Shown: positions 29,140 to 43,871, counted from the first letter of the stretch. The stretch is 64,000 bases of DNA from the human T2T-CHM13v2.0 reference genome, Homo sapiens (GCF_009914755.1 NC_060927.1), one strand, 5' to 3'. Numbers and translations are program-made. Notes: generated by a model from the sequence alone, not told the origin.

Positions 29140-29790
29140 TAGCCTATTTTGAACTTTGTAACTATGAAATCATAATCTATGTTTTCTTTGGTTTCTCAAT
29201 GTTTCCCCCTCAACATTAAGTTGTAAAATTCACCCATGTCATCGTATGTAGTGATAATTCATTCTCATTGCTTTATTTAGGTACCGTATTTTGGGAATAT
29301 GCCATATTTTATATTTTCATTTTACTGTTTATAGGCATTTGTGCACTTTCCAGTTTTGGCCTATTTTAAATAGTGCTGCTACGGACACTTTTGTACATAT
29401 CTTTTGGTGAGTACATGTATGCATTTCTTTTGGGACTATAACTAGGAGTAAAATTTCTGTGTGATAGAGTATGCAAAGGGTATGCATATTTCCAAACAGT
29501 TTTCCCAAAGGGATTTACCAGTTTACCTCCCTCCCACCAGCAGTAGATGAGAGTTCTGATCATTCCATGTTCTTGCCAACACGTGTTAAAATTTTTCTTT
29601 GTCTTTCTCATTTTAGCCATTCTGTTTGTTATATTGTGGTGTCATTGTAGTTTTAATTTGTACTCCTCAATGACAAGTGAATCTGAGTGTCTTTATGTAC
29701 ATATCTATATTAGACTTTTGATATTCTGTTTGTAAACTACCTCTATTACTCTTTCAATCTTTTGCCCATAAAATGCCATATTTCCTTATT
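29140..29790 (-). mobile_element. Old L1M 3' fragment
   Basis: ttccagttttggcctattttaaatagtgctgct, cttttggtgagtacatgtatgcatttct, cccaccagcagtagatgagagtt. Confidence 0.75.
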
Positions 29791-29929
29791 TTTTAAAAAA
29801 TAACAAATTATATTCTAGTTTCCCCTTTCTTTTTATTGTAACTAAAAATACATTTTTTAATTACATTGAGAGCTGAAGGAAAAAGAGAAAGGACAGCTTT
29901 TCTATTATAACACAAATTATTGATGCTAA

Positions 29930-30165
29930 TACTAGCTACCAGTTGTTAAGGAATTATCAATGTGCGAGATACCGTCAAGATTCTCTTGACACTACTCTGT
30001 CCTTATTATTCTTCTTACTCCTGGGAAACTACATTCATTTTATGGTTTGATCATCACAACATATAATATTATGATATCTGTTTTACAGGTAAGAAACAGG
30101 GTCTCAGAGACATTAAAACATTTCCTCAAAGACAGGCAGTGAGTGGCAGGATTTAAATCTAAACC
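29930..30165 (-). mobile_element. MIR carrying a ~53-bp foreign insert
   Basis: tagctaccagttgttaagg...tgtgcgagatacc, insert, then tcacaac...tctgttttacaggtaagaaacagggtctcagagacattaaa. Confidence 0.65.
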
Positions 30166-30223
30166 CTAAATGAAAGGTAGATAATAATCTATATATCTAT
30201 ATTATTTAACAAAGTACATGAAG

Positions 30224-30525
30224 TTTTTTTTTTCTTTTTTTTTTTTCCTAGTTTTCTTCTGTCACCTAGGCTTGAGGGCAGTGGTGTAATCATAGCTCAG
30301 TGTAACCTCCACCTCCTGGGCTCATGTGATCCTCCTGCCTCAGCCTCCTAAGGACCTGGGACTACACGCACTCACCACCATGGCTGACTAATTTTAAAAT
30401 TTTTGTACGTACGGTTCTCTCTCTGTTGCCCAGGCTGGACTGGTCTTGAATGCCTGGCCTCAAGTGATTCTTCCAACTTGGCCTCTGAGTTTTTGGGACT
30501 ATAGGCATGAGCCACTGTGCTTGGT
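30224..30525 (-). mobile_element. AluJ
   Basis: Poly-T, gtcacctaggcttgagggcagtggtgtaatcatagctcagtgtaacctcc...ggcatgagccactgtgcttgg. Confidence 0.88.
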
Positions 30526-30653
30526 CCCTAGGCAGGTATTATTAACATCCTATGTCCAATAAAGAAATTGAAGCTTCAAGGAGAATAAGTACCTTCCAAG
30601 TTCCCTTTAGCAGGTGGCAGGTGGATACTGGACTTTAAGGGTTCTGTCCCCAT

Positions 30654-31593
<940 letters not shown>

Positions 31594-32088
31594 CCACATC
31601 CATGTCTTCTGCTACCGCACTTTGCTGTCTTTCCTTGTGGGCATTCTTTAACAACAGCAATTTTAATTTCTTTCTTGCATTGGAGAGAATGACTGACATT
31701 AGTAATGATAAAATAGTCCTTTCAGATTTGTTATGAAGAGTTGTGGTATTTAGACAGGGAAAAGTATTTACAATCTGTGGTAATAAATAAGAAAAAGATG
31801 AAAAACAAAGTAATGCAAATAAACCTGAAAAATATGGACTAATTTTGTTGACTACAAGAATAATGAAAAGTGGGTGGTGGGATTTCACTGAAGTTAGTTT
31901 TATTTCATGTGAGATAAGTGACCCTTTTGTATCACAGATAAAACACTGAACACAGTGTAATTAGCAAGTATTAACAATACTCTATAGACCCTTTTCAAAT
32001 TTGACTTAGGAGTCATGGAAGTTTTTTATTTTTTAAATGTTTCTGGTTATTGCTAAAGTTTATGACTTTAAATTTATCTTATCTTAGA

Positions 32089-32089
32089 G

Positions 32090-32149
<60 letters not shown>

Positions 32150-32234
32150 TCCTTCCTTCCTTCCTTCCTTCCTTCCTTCCTTCCTTCCTTCCTTCCTTCC
32201 TTCCTTCCTTCTTTCCTTCTCTTTCTTTCTTTCT
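32089..32234. repeat. Compound STR (CTTT)n(CCTT)n
   Basis: Directly visible pure pyrimidine tetranucleotide arrays. Confidence 0.97.
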
Positions 32235-32589
32235 GTGGCATCTTTTATCTGAAGTTCTGCCTAGGCCCTCTTTGTGGGCATGAGGTAATTGGTAGGCAAG
32301 CAATAATTTTTGCCTTTACTAAATTTCAAGACTGTCTTATGGTACAGTACCTGGGCTTCACACCCCTCAGACACACACCAAGTGGGGGATTAATTTATTC
32401 AGTATACAATTATGCTGTCCTTCTAGTCTTTCCTCTCTCCTACTGTGCACTTAGCTGTCAGTGTGTTAATATATTGCTGTCCCTCTGCCTGTACCATCTG
32501 CAAGATTCTCTTGATACTACTCTGTCCTTTTATTCTTCTTACTTTTGGGAAAATAGAAAAGGGATACGCTTGCTTTCTTCCAGAGTTTA

Positions 32590-32994
32590 ATTGCTTGGCC
32601 AATAAAACGTGATGGAAATGACCAGCTTCCAGGTTCATGCCTTAAGAGATTGTCAGCCACAACTCTCAATCTCTTAGAATACTCACTCTTAAAACCCACT
32701 TACCATGCTGTAGTGAAGCTCAAGCAGCCCCCATGGAGAGGCCTGCAGAAAGAGGAACCAAGTCCCCAGGCCAGTAGCTCTCAGCCAACAGTCAATACTA
32801 ATTTGCCACTCACATGAGTAAGCCAACCTGGAAGTGGATTCTCTGCCCCAGCTGGTGCTGCATGGAGCAGAGACAGGCTGTTCTTGATGGGTCCTGCCCA
32901 AATTGTATACTAGTGAGTGAAATAAGCATTAGTTGTTGCTTTAAGCCTTTGAATTTTGTTGTATCTTATTACACAGCAATTGAAAACCAGAACA
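32590..32994 (+). mobile_element. MLT1 (H-like) MaLR LTR
   Basis: ccatgctgtagtgaagctcaagcagccc...catggagcagagac...cctgcccaaattg...ttgttgctttaagcc...ttacacagcaattgaaaaccagaaca. Confidence 0.8.
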
Positions 32995-33289
32995 TGGTTC
33001 AAATGGTCTTCAAGGCCTAAGCTGAAATTTCCAATCCAGCTTTTATTTATGAGCCTTTAATAAAGGACTGTAGGCTACTTGCTCTGCTTTTTAAAAATAG
33101 GTACATTGTTTCCCATTGGTTATTGTCTCTTGTGTGTGTAGTTTTCTCAGTTAGGAACTCCAAAGGGAAAAAAGGTGACAGATAGGATAATTAAAACTCT
33201 ATCCAGAAGCCTTCCACAAATATCATTGACCAAAAACATTTATTGAGAAGATATGCTGCTAGAGATTGGTAATAGGAAAAAGATATTAA

Positions 33290-33481
33290 ATGCTGGATCT
33301 CAGTCTTTGCTTTACCTTGGAATCACCCAGGAAGATTTACAAAACACAGTGCTGGGGTCTGGGTCTCCCACTGCGTTGCGGGTTCCAGAGTTTGTGCTTT
33401 AGTTGGAGTGTGGCCTGGATATCGCAATTTTGAAATCTCCCCAGGTGAGTCTCATTTGCAGCCAAGTTTGAGAACCACTAG
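33290..33481. mobile_element. MER5A
   Basis: ttggaatcacccaggaag...tctccccaggtgagtctcatttgcagccaagtttgagaaccacta. Confidence 0.75.
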
Positions 33482-36400
33482 TATGAAATACCATTACTGT
33501 CCAAGGAGGCTTGTAGTCTGCTTGAGGAGCCTGGATTTCACATAAAAAGATAAGCAAAGTACCAGGGAACACCCAGTATGTGAGATGGACAATCCTAAAT
33601 GTGGGCTAGATATTGAAAAACAAACTGTGGTTCCTCTCATTTTGATTTCTCTTTTTACTAAAATTGTAGCCTGTATTCTGTTTCCTAATTACAACATTTC
33701 ATTGATTGTTGTAACATAGGACACATGTTTGTCAAAATTTAATGTTTTTGCGAATAAGATGCATCTCACAAATGTGGATATTTAATATGTTGCTTTTGTT
33801 TCCTTAAGAATTTGTTTTCTAAGAAATCTATGTTAGCTATAATTAGCAGTATCTTAGAAGAAACATGATATGTACTGTCTTTCACTTGTTCCTATTCTGT
33901 GTATAATTTTTTGCCATCATATTCTATATTAGATTGTAAGATCATTGAGGACAAGAATCAAGTGTTTCACTGCTTTTAGTACAGTGTAACACCTAGTACA
34001 ATGTTAACACTTATTATGGACTCAATAAATAGTTGCAGATGATTGGATACCCCTTTAAACTTATTACTCAACAAATTTAGAGATTCATGAGGCTGGGAGA
34101 TACCTATAAATCACTTGCAAAATTCTAGAGAGAGAATTATAGAGATCCTCACTATACACGATTTAATCCATTTGGGTATTTACCATCTTGAGACCTCTGC
34201 ATTATTTTCATTTAGGCTTTTGTTACAAGACATTTTGTTTTCTTGTGGTTCCAATGTTTTTCAGGGGGAGAAAAAAGCATCTAGGTTACCCTTTTACACC
34301 TAACTACTGTATATGTTCCTAGAGCATATAAATGTTGTCCCTGCACAACAAGTTGGCCTGAAGGATTAGGAGTTTTATAAATCCTCTTTATTTAGCATGC
34401 TTTACAGCTGCATTCCACTAAATCAAGTGCTGCTGTTTCCCTAAACACATTTCTTGTGAGTGCTACTTGCACGGAATTATATTAATACATTTAATCAGCA
34501 AAGCTCTCAATATTCCACATTCAATCAGTGCCTGGTACGTGAAGATGATAAATCCCCCCTTCTCCATCCTGCATGTCACCCAGTTGCTGTTTTCTGATTA
34601 TATTCATTTTACTTAGGATGACTGAAGAAATAGGAAGTTCTTCCACTCAGTCTTTCTTAACTCTGTGACCTGCTTTGTTAACACTTGTGCTGTAGTTGCC
34701 CCACATCCATAGGACATTTCTAACTTGCTTGCTGATTTAGGCTTAGAGGGAGACTTGCCTGTACTCAGAACTAGCAAGCTTATGCCAAGCTCCCTTCTGG
34801 CATCATGGACGAGGGGTGGGAGCCTTCTTTTTTCTTGGTGTTTCCATATCCTTTTCCTTCTCCCTCCGTAATCTTTTATCTAGTGGCCAGAAGTAACTTC
34901 TAGTTGCATTCCCATCCTTTTTCTTTTCCCAGCCATCCTCCACGGTCAAATTACATAAATATGTGGCTTGTAGTTCATTCTGTTCTTTCCCAGTGGTTTA
35001 TGGCCCAAGACTCATGTTAGACTTTTCTGTGGATCTTAAAAATACAAGTACTTGGAATCTACCCCTAGAGATTCTAAATCTGTGTATTGGCCTCAGGTAT
35101 CTGTGTTTTTGAAGGAATATCGTAAGTGATTCTTACAACCCTTTTGAAGGTTGCTGTCTGAGGCATCTGCAAATGTATTCTTGGATTAAGTTTTATATGC
35201 CTTGTGCTTTGTAGGCATAGAACATGACTTATGGACAGATGTTGTTAATTTCTTTACTATATAGTAACATTTTTGTATGTTAGCTCTTTCTTAAGTTTTT
35301 ACTTTCTAGCACATTAATTTTATTTAGGATGTTTTTAACCTCCCAAGTTGTAGCTGTCTGCTTCTTTATGAACCAAGAGCTGTTTGTTTTCCAGTGACAG
35401 TTTAATCAGATCTACGTACGATGAGATGCTTAATTCCTGCAAATGTAAAGATTCTAGGATAAAAAGGATCTTCTCATTAAATAGCAGGCAAATGGATGAG
35501 GCCATTTCCTGGGGTCCTTGCTGACACCCTCTCCCGTCTCCCTCATTTCAGTATGTGTATGCTCATGCTCTCTTTTTTTTCCTTTCTTGCATGTTATTGG
35601 GAAATCTAGTCTAGCCCAATTCAGAGTGTAGACTTTAAGGGCATTTGAAATGTCATCTCTCACAATGTCTTTATTGACTGTAGCAATGTTGTGCTTCCTG
35701 AGATTATTTCCCAATTAAACTACTTTCACTCAAAGCTTTGTCTTTAGCTATATTTTTTCAGGAAACCATCTAAGACACGGACCATTTCCCCTTTTTTGGC
35801 ACTCAGTTAAATAATTTATTCTCTTTGGTTTCCTATATCTTGTTTTCTCAATCAGGTCATAAAGACTTTTAGAGCAGAATCTGCACCTTATGATTCTTTA
35901 GAGCCAATCTATACAGTGGTATGTGTGACACAGGGGCAAACTTAGAGAATGGGTACACATCATGATTAAGGTCTTCATTGATGGATTTAAAAATGAAATT
36001 AGAATAGGAATAAAATTCTTTGGAGCTTGCTGTAAAAAGGTGGGTTGAAGACTTTGAGGAGAAAGGAATAGTCTGGCAGGTATTTTCTTGTTCAATAGGT
36101 GCAGGGGTTGGTGAGACAGAGGTAGAATAAAGTTGTAAGTACAAAGGAGGAAGTCATCCTTCATTATGTATTTCAGAGAAGCTTATATTTCATAAAGAAA
36201 GAGATACATCAAAAAGAAGATGTTCTTATAATTTTGAAGCAGGGGTACATGAGAAATTGCTTTGAGATTTCAAAGGAAAGGAAATGTACATTTATCATAG
36301 TCTTTAGCACAGGTCCAAAAATTACTTAGAAAAATGGGTTATTTTCAGCAAGTTATTGTATAAGATACATGAAAGAAATATCAAATAATACAATATTTTC

Positions 36401-36559
36401 AGCAACGCAACTTCAAGAAAATGTGAAGCTATTCTATTTTGCCTTGTTCTACTGGTAAGAAGAGGAGAAAAAAGGCGATGTTTAGAGTGGATTGACAAGT
36501 TATTAAACCTGGTTCCTCCAAAGTATGGTAAGAGTAGGCAACCACTTATCTATTAGTGT

Positions 36560-37010
36560 TTTGTTTTGTGTCTTATTGATTTACATTATAATCTCTACTA
36601 TTTCCTTTTTTGGCTTGCGTTAGTTTTGTTTGTTCTTCTGTTTCTAGTTTCTTAAGGTGGAAGATTAGGCTATTATATTGAGACTTTTTATTTTTTTGAT
36701 AAGCATTTGAAGATATAAATTTCCCTCAAAGTACCACATTAACTGCATTTCACAAGTGATTTTTATTTTCATTCAGTTTAAAGTATTTTAAAAATTCCAT
36801 TGACTCAGGGATTATTTAGAATTGTTTTTGTTTAATTTCCAAACATCTGGGGTTTTCCCAGACTTCTTTCTGTTGTGGACCTCTAGGTTAATTCTATTGT
36901 TGCGAGAGAGCATACTTTATATAAATCTTATCCTTTGAAATTTATTTAAACTTGTTTTATGTGACAGCGTATGGTATTTCCTGGAGCATATTCCACGTGT
37001 GCTTGTTCGA
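36560..37010 (-). mobile_element. Old L1M ORF2 fragment
   Basis: tttctagtttcttaaggtggaagattagg, ataaatttccctcaaagtac, ttttcattcagtttaaagtattt, agagagcatacttt. Confidence 0.7.
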
Positions 37011-37044
37011 GTATTTAGCTATTTTTTTTTTTTTTTTTTTTTTG

Positions 37045-38430
37045 CCCTTGGGTTGGGGTCCTGACAGAAAAAAGTGCATTCCCTAAGTGGGGTAGATGAA
37101 TAGATAATGGGGATATTTACAAAGATGTGGACAAGGTAAACCAATAAAATGGCACAGCAACCTAGGACTGCAATCATTAAAATGTTAAGAGTCTTATAAT
37201 TGAAGGGATAAGGAGTGGAAGCAATTGCTGCAACCTGGAGTGAGAGCTGTGATGTAGGAGAGGGATACTTGCTGGAACTGTGGCTTTCGACAGAGAAATG
37301 CAGCTAAGTTGCAGCAATATAGCAGGACAGGTTCTGGAGGAAAAAATACTTTGACCTCACTCTTCTCCCTTTCTTTTGATTTTTTTTTTTTTTTTTTAAC
37401 CAGTATCTTCTGTGGGTCAAACTTCATGGAAATCCAGAGGGAGAGGGGCCCATTAATGTCATAGTGATAGTTGTCCTTGGGCACAGGATAGGATGGAGAA
37501 GGGTAAAGAGTAAACTGGAGAGAGTACATAGAAAATATCTAGATGTTGTCCCTGAACATATTCCACTATTCTTTGCATAAAAATGTGTTCCAACACAGAG
37601 GCACACAAAGTTCCATCAAGTATATATTATCTGTATTATGTCAATTCAGCTGTACTTCCACCTAAAATCTAAAATATTGGCAATTACCCAAGCTTCATGG
37701 CAGGTAGCAGAGGAGGAACATAAACATAGTGGCCACATATCCTGGATCTGGTCATAAGGTCTAATTTGACAATCTCATACCTTCTGTTTTCTGCAAGCTT
37801 TTCCTTGTTCTCCTAAATTTCTGCCAATACCTTGGCTAGCCTTTATCCTTTCCTAGAGGTTGGCCAAATTTTATTCCTGAAGAATTGGAGTCTTTGGTGG
37901 TTCTAGTTTTATTTAGTTGCTGAAGTTTCAATTGAGAAGTAGCATTGGTCAAGGGAATACTGAGAAGCACCCTACGAATCACTTGAGTTGAAGATGTAAG
38001 TCGTCTTTGCCTTCATTGGGTAGCCACATTCCAATTTCACGTTGGTAATTAGAATCAAACATCTCAGCCTGTAGAGTGATCCGCTTTTCTGCCACTTGGT
38101 TCAGAGCCATACAGCTTTTTGACACTGGGGATCTTAATAGAATGACCCCTCAGAATATGGATCAAAAGGGCAAAGTACTACTGCTAAGTGGTTTTATGGA
38201 CAGTTTCCATTAATAAAGGGGTTCAGAGAAGAAGGACATAAGAAGATAAGTGCTAAGCTTTTCAGAGATACCTGGTGGGATTCATGACACACTTTTAGAG
38301 GGAATTCTTCAGGGGTATCACATGATACTGCATTATGCAAGTGGGACAAAGACTCAGTGGAATTAATTTTATTATTATTACTGCGATCACATTTGCAACA
38401 GTATGATGAGACCATGGCAATGTCAGGGCT
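37045..38430 (-). mobile_element. LTR33-like ERVL LTR (~37045-37545) with adjoining ERVL internal remnant
   Basis: tgacctcactcttctccc...atccagagggagagggg...gggcacaggataggatggagaaggg, paralleling the LTR33 at 47.7 kb; downstream sequence resembles ERVL internal (tgccacttggttcag). Confidence 0.55.
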
Positions 38431-40244
38431 GAACAATTTCAGAATATAGGAAATGGTTTCCTCATATCTTGTAATATATAAATTAAGGAAAAATTAGGTA
38501 GGAGTGGCAATGAGTTTATAAATATGCCGTCAGAAGGAAATTAATCATAGATTTAATGCTGTAAAAAATTGGGCATTCAATTTTGTGTGTATTGCCAACT
38601 TATGATCCTGAAGACACACTTGGGACCACTATTGCGAAGAAAATTATGACCAATCTCCTTGCCATCATATTTGACTCTCCTTGATCCAAGTCATTATGCC
38701 ATGCAACTGTAGGTGTAAAATCAAGGAACAATACCCCGATTCTATTTAAGGGCATGACTTTTTAAAATGCGCTAACCTGTGCCACTGCTTGAGAGATATT
38801 TGAGTGAATTGACATTAATCATTCTCAGCATTTCTTACTTTAATATTGGTGGAATGGATTGTTGGCTGCTTATAAAGAGAGTGACAGCATGCATTAAATT
38901 AGCTACAAGGGTATCTTTTCATTTTTAAAGAGAAATTAAAGTTCTGGTCTTGGTTGCTACATAGCCTGAGTTTGATGGGATGACATTTGAGCAGTGGTAC
39001 AACATTTCAATTAGTAATTGCCCAATCGTCTTCAAGTAGCATGAATGATGCTAGGACAGCTAAATTCTATGAATTTCTCTAGCTTTGTTTTTAACTTGAC
39101 AGGCAGATTTTTTTCTATAGCTGAATACTCACTGTCTGTTATTTAGCAGGTGGATTGGACTAAGATCACAGTGATCGCCATCCATTTAAATAATAGTTAC
39201 TTGAATGTAGCTGAGGGAGGCTTGAATAATTTTAACAAAGCCATATGTCTCCCTAAAATAGTTTTCAGTTTTTTAGAACAAAACACAGATTTCTTATTTT
39301 CTTTTTGATACCAATATTACTGGTCATGATGCTGATGCCACACTGTCATCCTGTATTCATTTTGAAGAGTTTTAGCACCTGAATGAGGTTGAAAGTAATT
39401 GTAGATAAATGTTACTGAAGTGATATGTAATTTCCTTCTTATGAATTATTCATATCAATACCTATTTCTGTAGCGCTGGTGCAGTATAAAATATTACATG
39501 CTGTGTATGTAAATGTCTTCATCATATTTTATTTCAATGCACTATTTTAAAGTTATTTGGCAAAAAATACCCTATCCTATAACAAACTAAAATCTCTTTA
39601 TTCATACAAAATTTGTCACTCTTAAAAATATTAGTCATTTGAACAACAATATATCTATTTTTTATGCTTCTTTTATAATTCTCCTACCTTGAGTCATTGT
39701 TAGATGCATTAAGACCAAATTTATTTTCTTCCCGCCTACTTCTTCCTTAATGAATTGTTGAAAGATTATTGCTGCTGTTTCTAACTGAGACATAGCATTT
39801 ATTATTAAATTCCTTGTGAATATTTAGATATACAAGATAGAGTGGTTCATGGGACTGTTATAACTTCATGTAATTATAAGAAAACCATTAGGGCTGCATG
39901 CTATTTTCTCTATATTATCTTTAGTACCTTTGTAGAATAATGGGAATAACAGGACTCTTGAGTCAAGAAGTCATGAGTTTGAATCCAGGATCTGCCATTT
40001 ACTGGCTTTGTATCCTAAGATCCCAGGAGTACCTTTCTATCTTAACCTAATCTCAAATGTCAGTATTCATTGCTTCAATAGGACAAAAGCCGCAATGGCC
40101 AATAGCAGAGAAAATAAAATCAGAGAGACCATTGTCAAGAAAGAGTGCATTTACTTTCAACGCCTGTGCTGAGTTTTCTAGGCCCCAGGCCCCAGGGATT
40201 CTCAAGCCAGATCCTGGCATGGCCACCTTTTTTCTTGTGACTAT

Positions 40245-40438
40245 TTCCTAAGCAATACAGCATAATAACTATTTACATAGCATTTACATTGTATTAGATA
40301 TTAAAAGTATATTGGAGGATGTGCTTAGGTTATATCCAAATACTGCACTATTTTATATTAGGGATTTAAACATCCTTGAATTTTGTTATCCATGGGAGGC
40401 CCTAGAACCAATCCCCCATGGATACTGAGGGATGACTG
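40245..40438. mobile_element. MER2 (TcMar-Tigger) terminal part
   Basis: aactatttacatagcatttacattgtattag...ggaggatgtgcttaggttatat...gaaccaatcccccatggatactgagggatgactg followed by TA. Confidence 0.85.
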
Positions 40439-40934
40439 TATATGTATCAAATGTCATCATAACATAATAAGAAAGTAATGACAGGTGAACTGTGTACCTG
40501 ACTTATTTCTTAGAAGGCAACAGTAAATAACCATGCTAACAATACATTACTCAGAATAAAGAGCCCATCAGAACTTACGGACCATCAGTTCAATTCCCAC
40601 CAACTTTATTCCCATTTCCTCTCTAGATAGGCTTCATCTGAGCCTCCAACACCTTTCCTATCTTTATTTAAAGAGATGATAGAGGGATCATCAATTAATC
40701 TTATTATCAGCCATAAATTCACCTTTCATTTGTGTTTCTTCAATCATAACTACTATGTTATTTTCACATCCAGCTTCTCAACTATAGTTGGTTACTTCTT
40801 TTATTCCACTTGCTCCTGCCCTCTGCTTACTGGCACACATGTGCTCTGAGTGAAAGTGCAGAAAAGTAGGTATTCTGCAGTTGTTCCCTTTGCTCAGTTA
40901 GTAGTCTCCATTTTTTGTGCAACTTTGGTCACTG

Positions 40935-41270
40935 TCTATGATGGATATTTATTTGCCCATTTAACTCATGTTCCACCCTTCACTCTGCTCTGCACCACAG
41001 AAGGCTGATCTATGTGGAAATAATCTACTCCCTTTATCCTTTGATTTTTAATTGGGTTCAGCCAATAGGAAACATAAACAAATCAGAGAATGGGAGAATA
41101 AAGAGGTTGGGGTATTTATTTCCTTGGCTCACTCTCTGCGAGGAGATGGGTTAGCTGTGATAACATTTCTCTACTGAATATCACTGCTCCCATCTGACAG
41201 CCTTCTACAAGTGCAGTTCAAGTACAGCTCTCCCTAGAGTCAGGTAACTAGTTATTACCCCTACGAGCTA
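40935..41270 (+). mobile_element. LTR33-like ERVL LTR, partial
   Basis: ccacccttcactctgctctg...ttgggttcagccaatagga...gaggttggggtatttattt. Confidence 0.6.
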
Positions 41271-42117
41271 GAGTCAGTGTATGTTTTCTGAAAAACGAAT
41301 GAAGCTTGAGCTTCAAGGACTTTCACTAGTAAAGGCTTGATCCAAGGCCCTGGGAGAGGCTCCAGTAATCTGCTCAGCCAGTAGTATGAGAGAGACCATT
41401 TTGGTGAGCCTGTTTACTTATACAGGTGAAAGGCCAGTTTCTCACTACTGTAGGAAGGTAACTGTGGGGTGGGGGTGTGGACTTGTTCTCTCTCTGGCAC
41501 AGGAAAGTCAGTTTAGTTTCTCCAGAGCATGGAGAATCCTAGAGGTCCATAAAGGAGGGGCTGGGACATAGGTTAAAAAGGGATAGGGTGTTGACCTCAG
41601 CCACATGGATACTGCCAAGGGAGTAGATAGAGTTTCAGATATCGGGTTTGAGTCCATGGGCTCCATGAAAGGCTAGTCTTGGGAGTATTTGGAAGAAATG
41701 ATTATCCAAGAGAAAATCAGAGTGAAATTTTTTTACAGCACATAGTATGCTTCAATGTGCACGTAGGCTTGTGTGTGCTTCTAGAACTACTACATTGTAC
41801 TTTGGAGAATAGACATGCATTGAAGTGACATTGGTAAAAATGAATGAGTAGAAAAAGGGAGTGAGAAATGAAGTGTGTTTTCTAGGAGTGTGAGTGAAGG
41901 GAATAGCAAATTATTAAAATAGCTTAAAAGTGAGTCTACTGGTAATCTTTAAATTATTATTTTATTATAAATATTTTTCTCAAAAGCAAACATGCTCATA
42001 AATTAAGAATCTGTTAGTTACACAGTGTTAAGACAATCTTCTTAATGCTCACTACCCCCATTTCCATTTTCCTAGAAGCAACCACTTTCATCTCTTTTAG
42101 CTGAGACATAACATTTT

Positions 42118-42444
42118 AGTCAGACATCGCGTAATGACTGGAATACATTCTGAGAAATGCATCATAGTATAAACATTATAGCGTGTGCTTATACAAACTA
42201 GATAGCATAGGCTACTACTCACCTTGGCTACATGGTAGCCTGTTGCTCCTAGGCTTGAAATCTGTTCAGCGTATTACTGTAGTTTGTGCTACGGACACTT
42301 GTAACACAATGGTAAGTATTGTGTGTCTAAACATATCAAAACATAGACAAGGTACAGTTAAAATATGGTATTACAATCTTGTGGGACCACAGTCATATAT
42401 GTGGTATGTCATGGACCAAAAGGTAGTTATATGGTGTATGACTG
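42118..42444. mobile_element. Tigger3a/MER7-like MITE
   Basis: Terminal agtca...tgactg; cattctgagaaatgcatc, tgttgctcctaggc, gtaacacaatggtaagtatt, aacatagacaaggtacag. Confidence 0.8.
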
Positions 42445-42461
42445 TCTATAAATTTGTATGT

Positions 42462-42463
<2 letters not shown>

Positions 42464-42527
<64 letters not shown>
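42464..42527. repeat. (TG)~20(AG)~11 compound microsatellite
   Basis: Directly visible. Confidence 0.97.
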
Positions 42528-43084
42528 TTTACATTCATAGTAATATGTCATTTGCTTTTGTGGCTTCTATTTTGTTTTATTAATTTGGGCAGTATTTATA
42601 GCCTTCTTTCAGAAGATGAGGATTTAGTTCTGTTTTTCCCTCCCATTCCACAACACACACACATTTGAATTTAAATTAATCACTTACAAAAGCCTTTGAA
42701 AATAGGCCTCTTGATTATTTAAAATTCAAATATTAAACTATAATAAGCTATGTTTATTAAACATAGGATTTAATCTACCTGGTTGGGGGATATACAGTCC
42801 TCTTTGGGGGATATGACTGTGGAGTCATGTGGTTTTTATGGTGTGAGAAATTACTATTGGAAGGGTAACACGAGGGTTAACAATGTCAAGTTAGAGGCAA
42901 GAATTGGAAAGCTAATAGAAGTACCAGGGATAGGGAGAAGTGAGTATTTATTTGTCAAACACCTATAATGTGCCAAACACTGTGCTTAGTAATATTCTAA
43001 TATATGCTTCTAATAAGCCTAGGGAAGGACTCCTTCATTAAGAAGAGACGGAGGTTGAACTCAAACCACATTCAGTAAAAAGGA

Positions 43085-43490
43085 ATTCAATGGGAATTCT
43101 CAGAGATGGAGTGTGTTTCAACCATGACCAGATTGAAGGGCACAAGCAACAGTGCGACGGCTCTGGTTCTCTCTCTCTCTCTCAGCCTTGGCTGCATTGG
43201 CTTGGTTTCCTTGCAGGTGGGATCTCTCTCTATTTGCCAAGATGGCTGTTGGCCTGCCCATTCCTTCATTCTGTCATTTTAGCAAAACAGTCAGCAAGGA
43301 ATTCCTCCTTCCAGAGTCGTTATTTTAAACCAGGAAAATCTCTGGTTGGCCCTGTTTGGGTTATCTGCCTACATCTCTTAGGGGGTGACCAGCCATCAAG
43401 GTAGATAGCTCCTCCATGGACAGAAGGAATGAAGGAGGGTCAATTTTCCAAATAAAGAAATACTTAAAGAAGAAAGAACATGCACCTGTT
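43085..43490 (-). mobile_element. Old MLT1 (J/K/L-like) MaLR LTR
   Basis: gccaagatggctg, ctctggttggccctgtttgggtta, gaaggagggtcaattttccaa. Confidence 0.5.
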
Positions 43491-43871
43491 GCCAACTTCA
43501 TGAAGCAAATATAATCATTTCTATTTTCCACATAATGAGATAAAGTTAAATCACTTGTTTTAGATCACATAACTCAATAGAACTGGGTTTAAGATGTTAT
43601 TCACATTTTTTCCTCTGTATAAAACTGTGTACTGAACAATATTATGGAAGTTCATTTAGTGCTATACTTTTACTAATTTAATACAATGCTTAGAATACTT
43701 TATACCTGACCATGGAAATATTTCTTCAAAAGGGTTTTTCTATCTGAGGTTGTATTATTTAAACAAATTGGGATATAGTATTTACTTTAGAGAATTATAA
43801 TTTTGTATAACTACAGCCATCTGTATGGGAAACCATTTATTTTTGAAGACAGAGACAGATGCATCAAGTCA

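Noticed and set aside
42183-42668. 161-aa plus ORF
   Set aside because: Reads through a Tigger3a MITE and a (TG)n(AG)n microsatellite.
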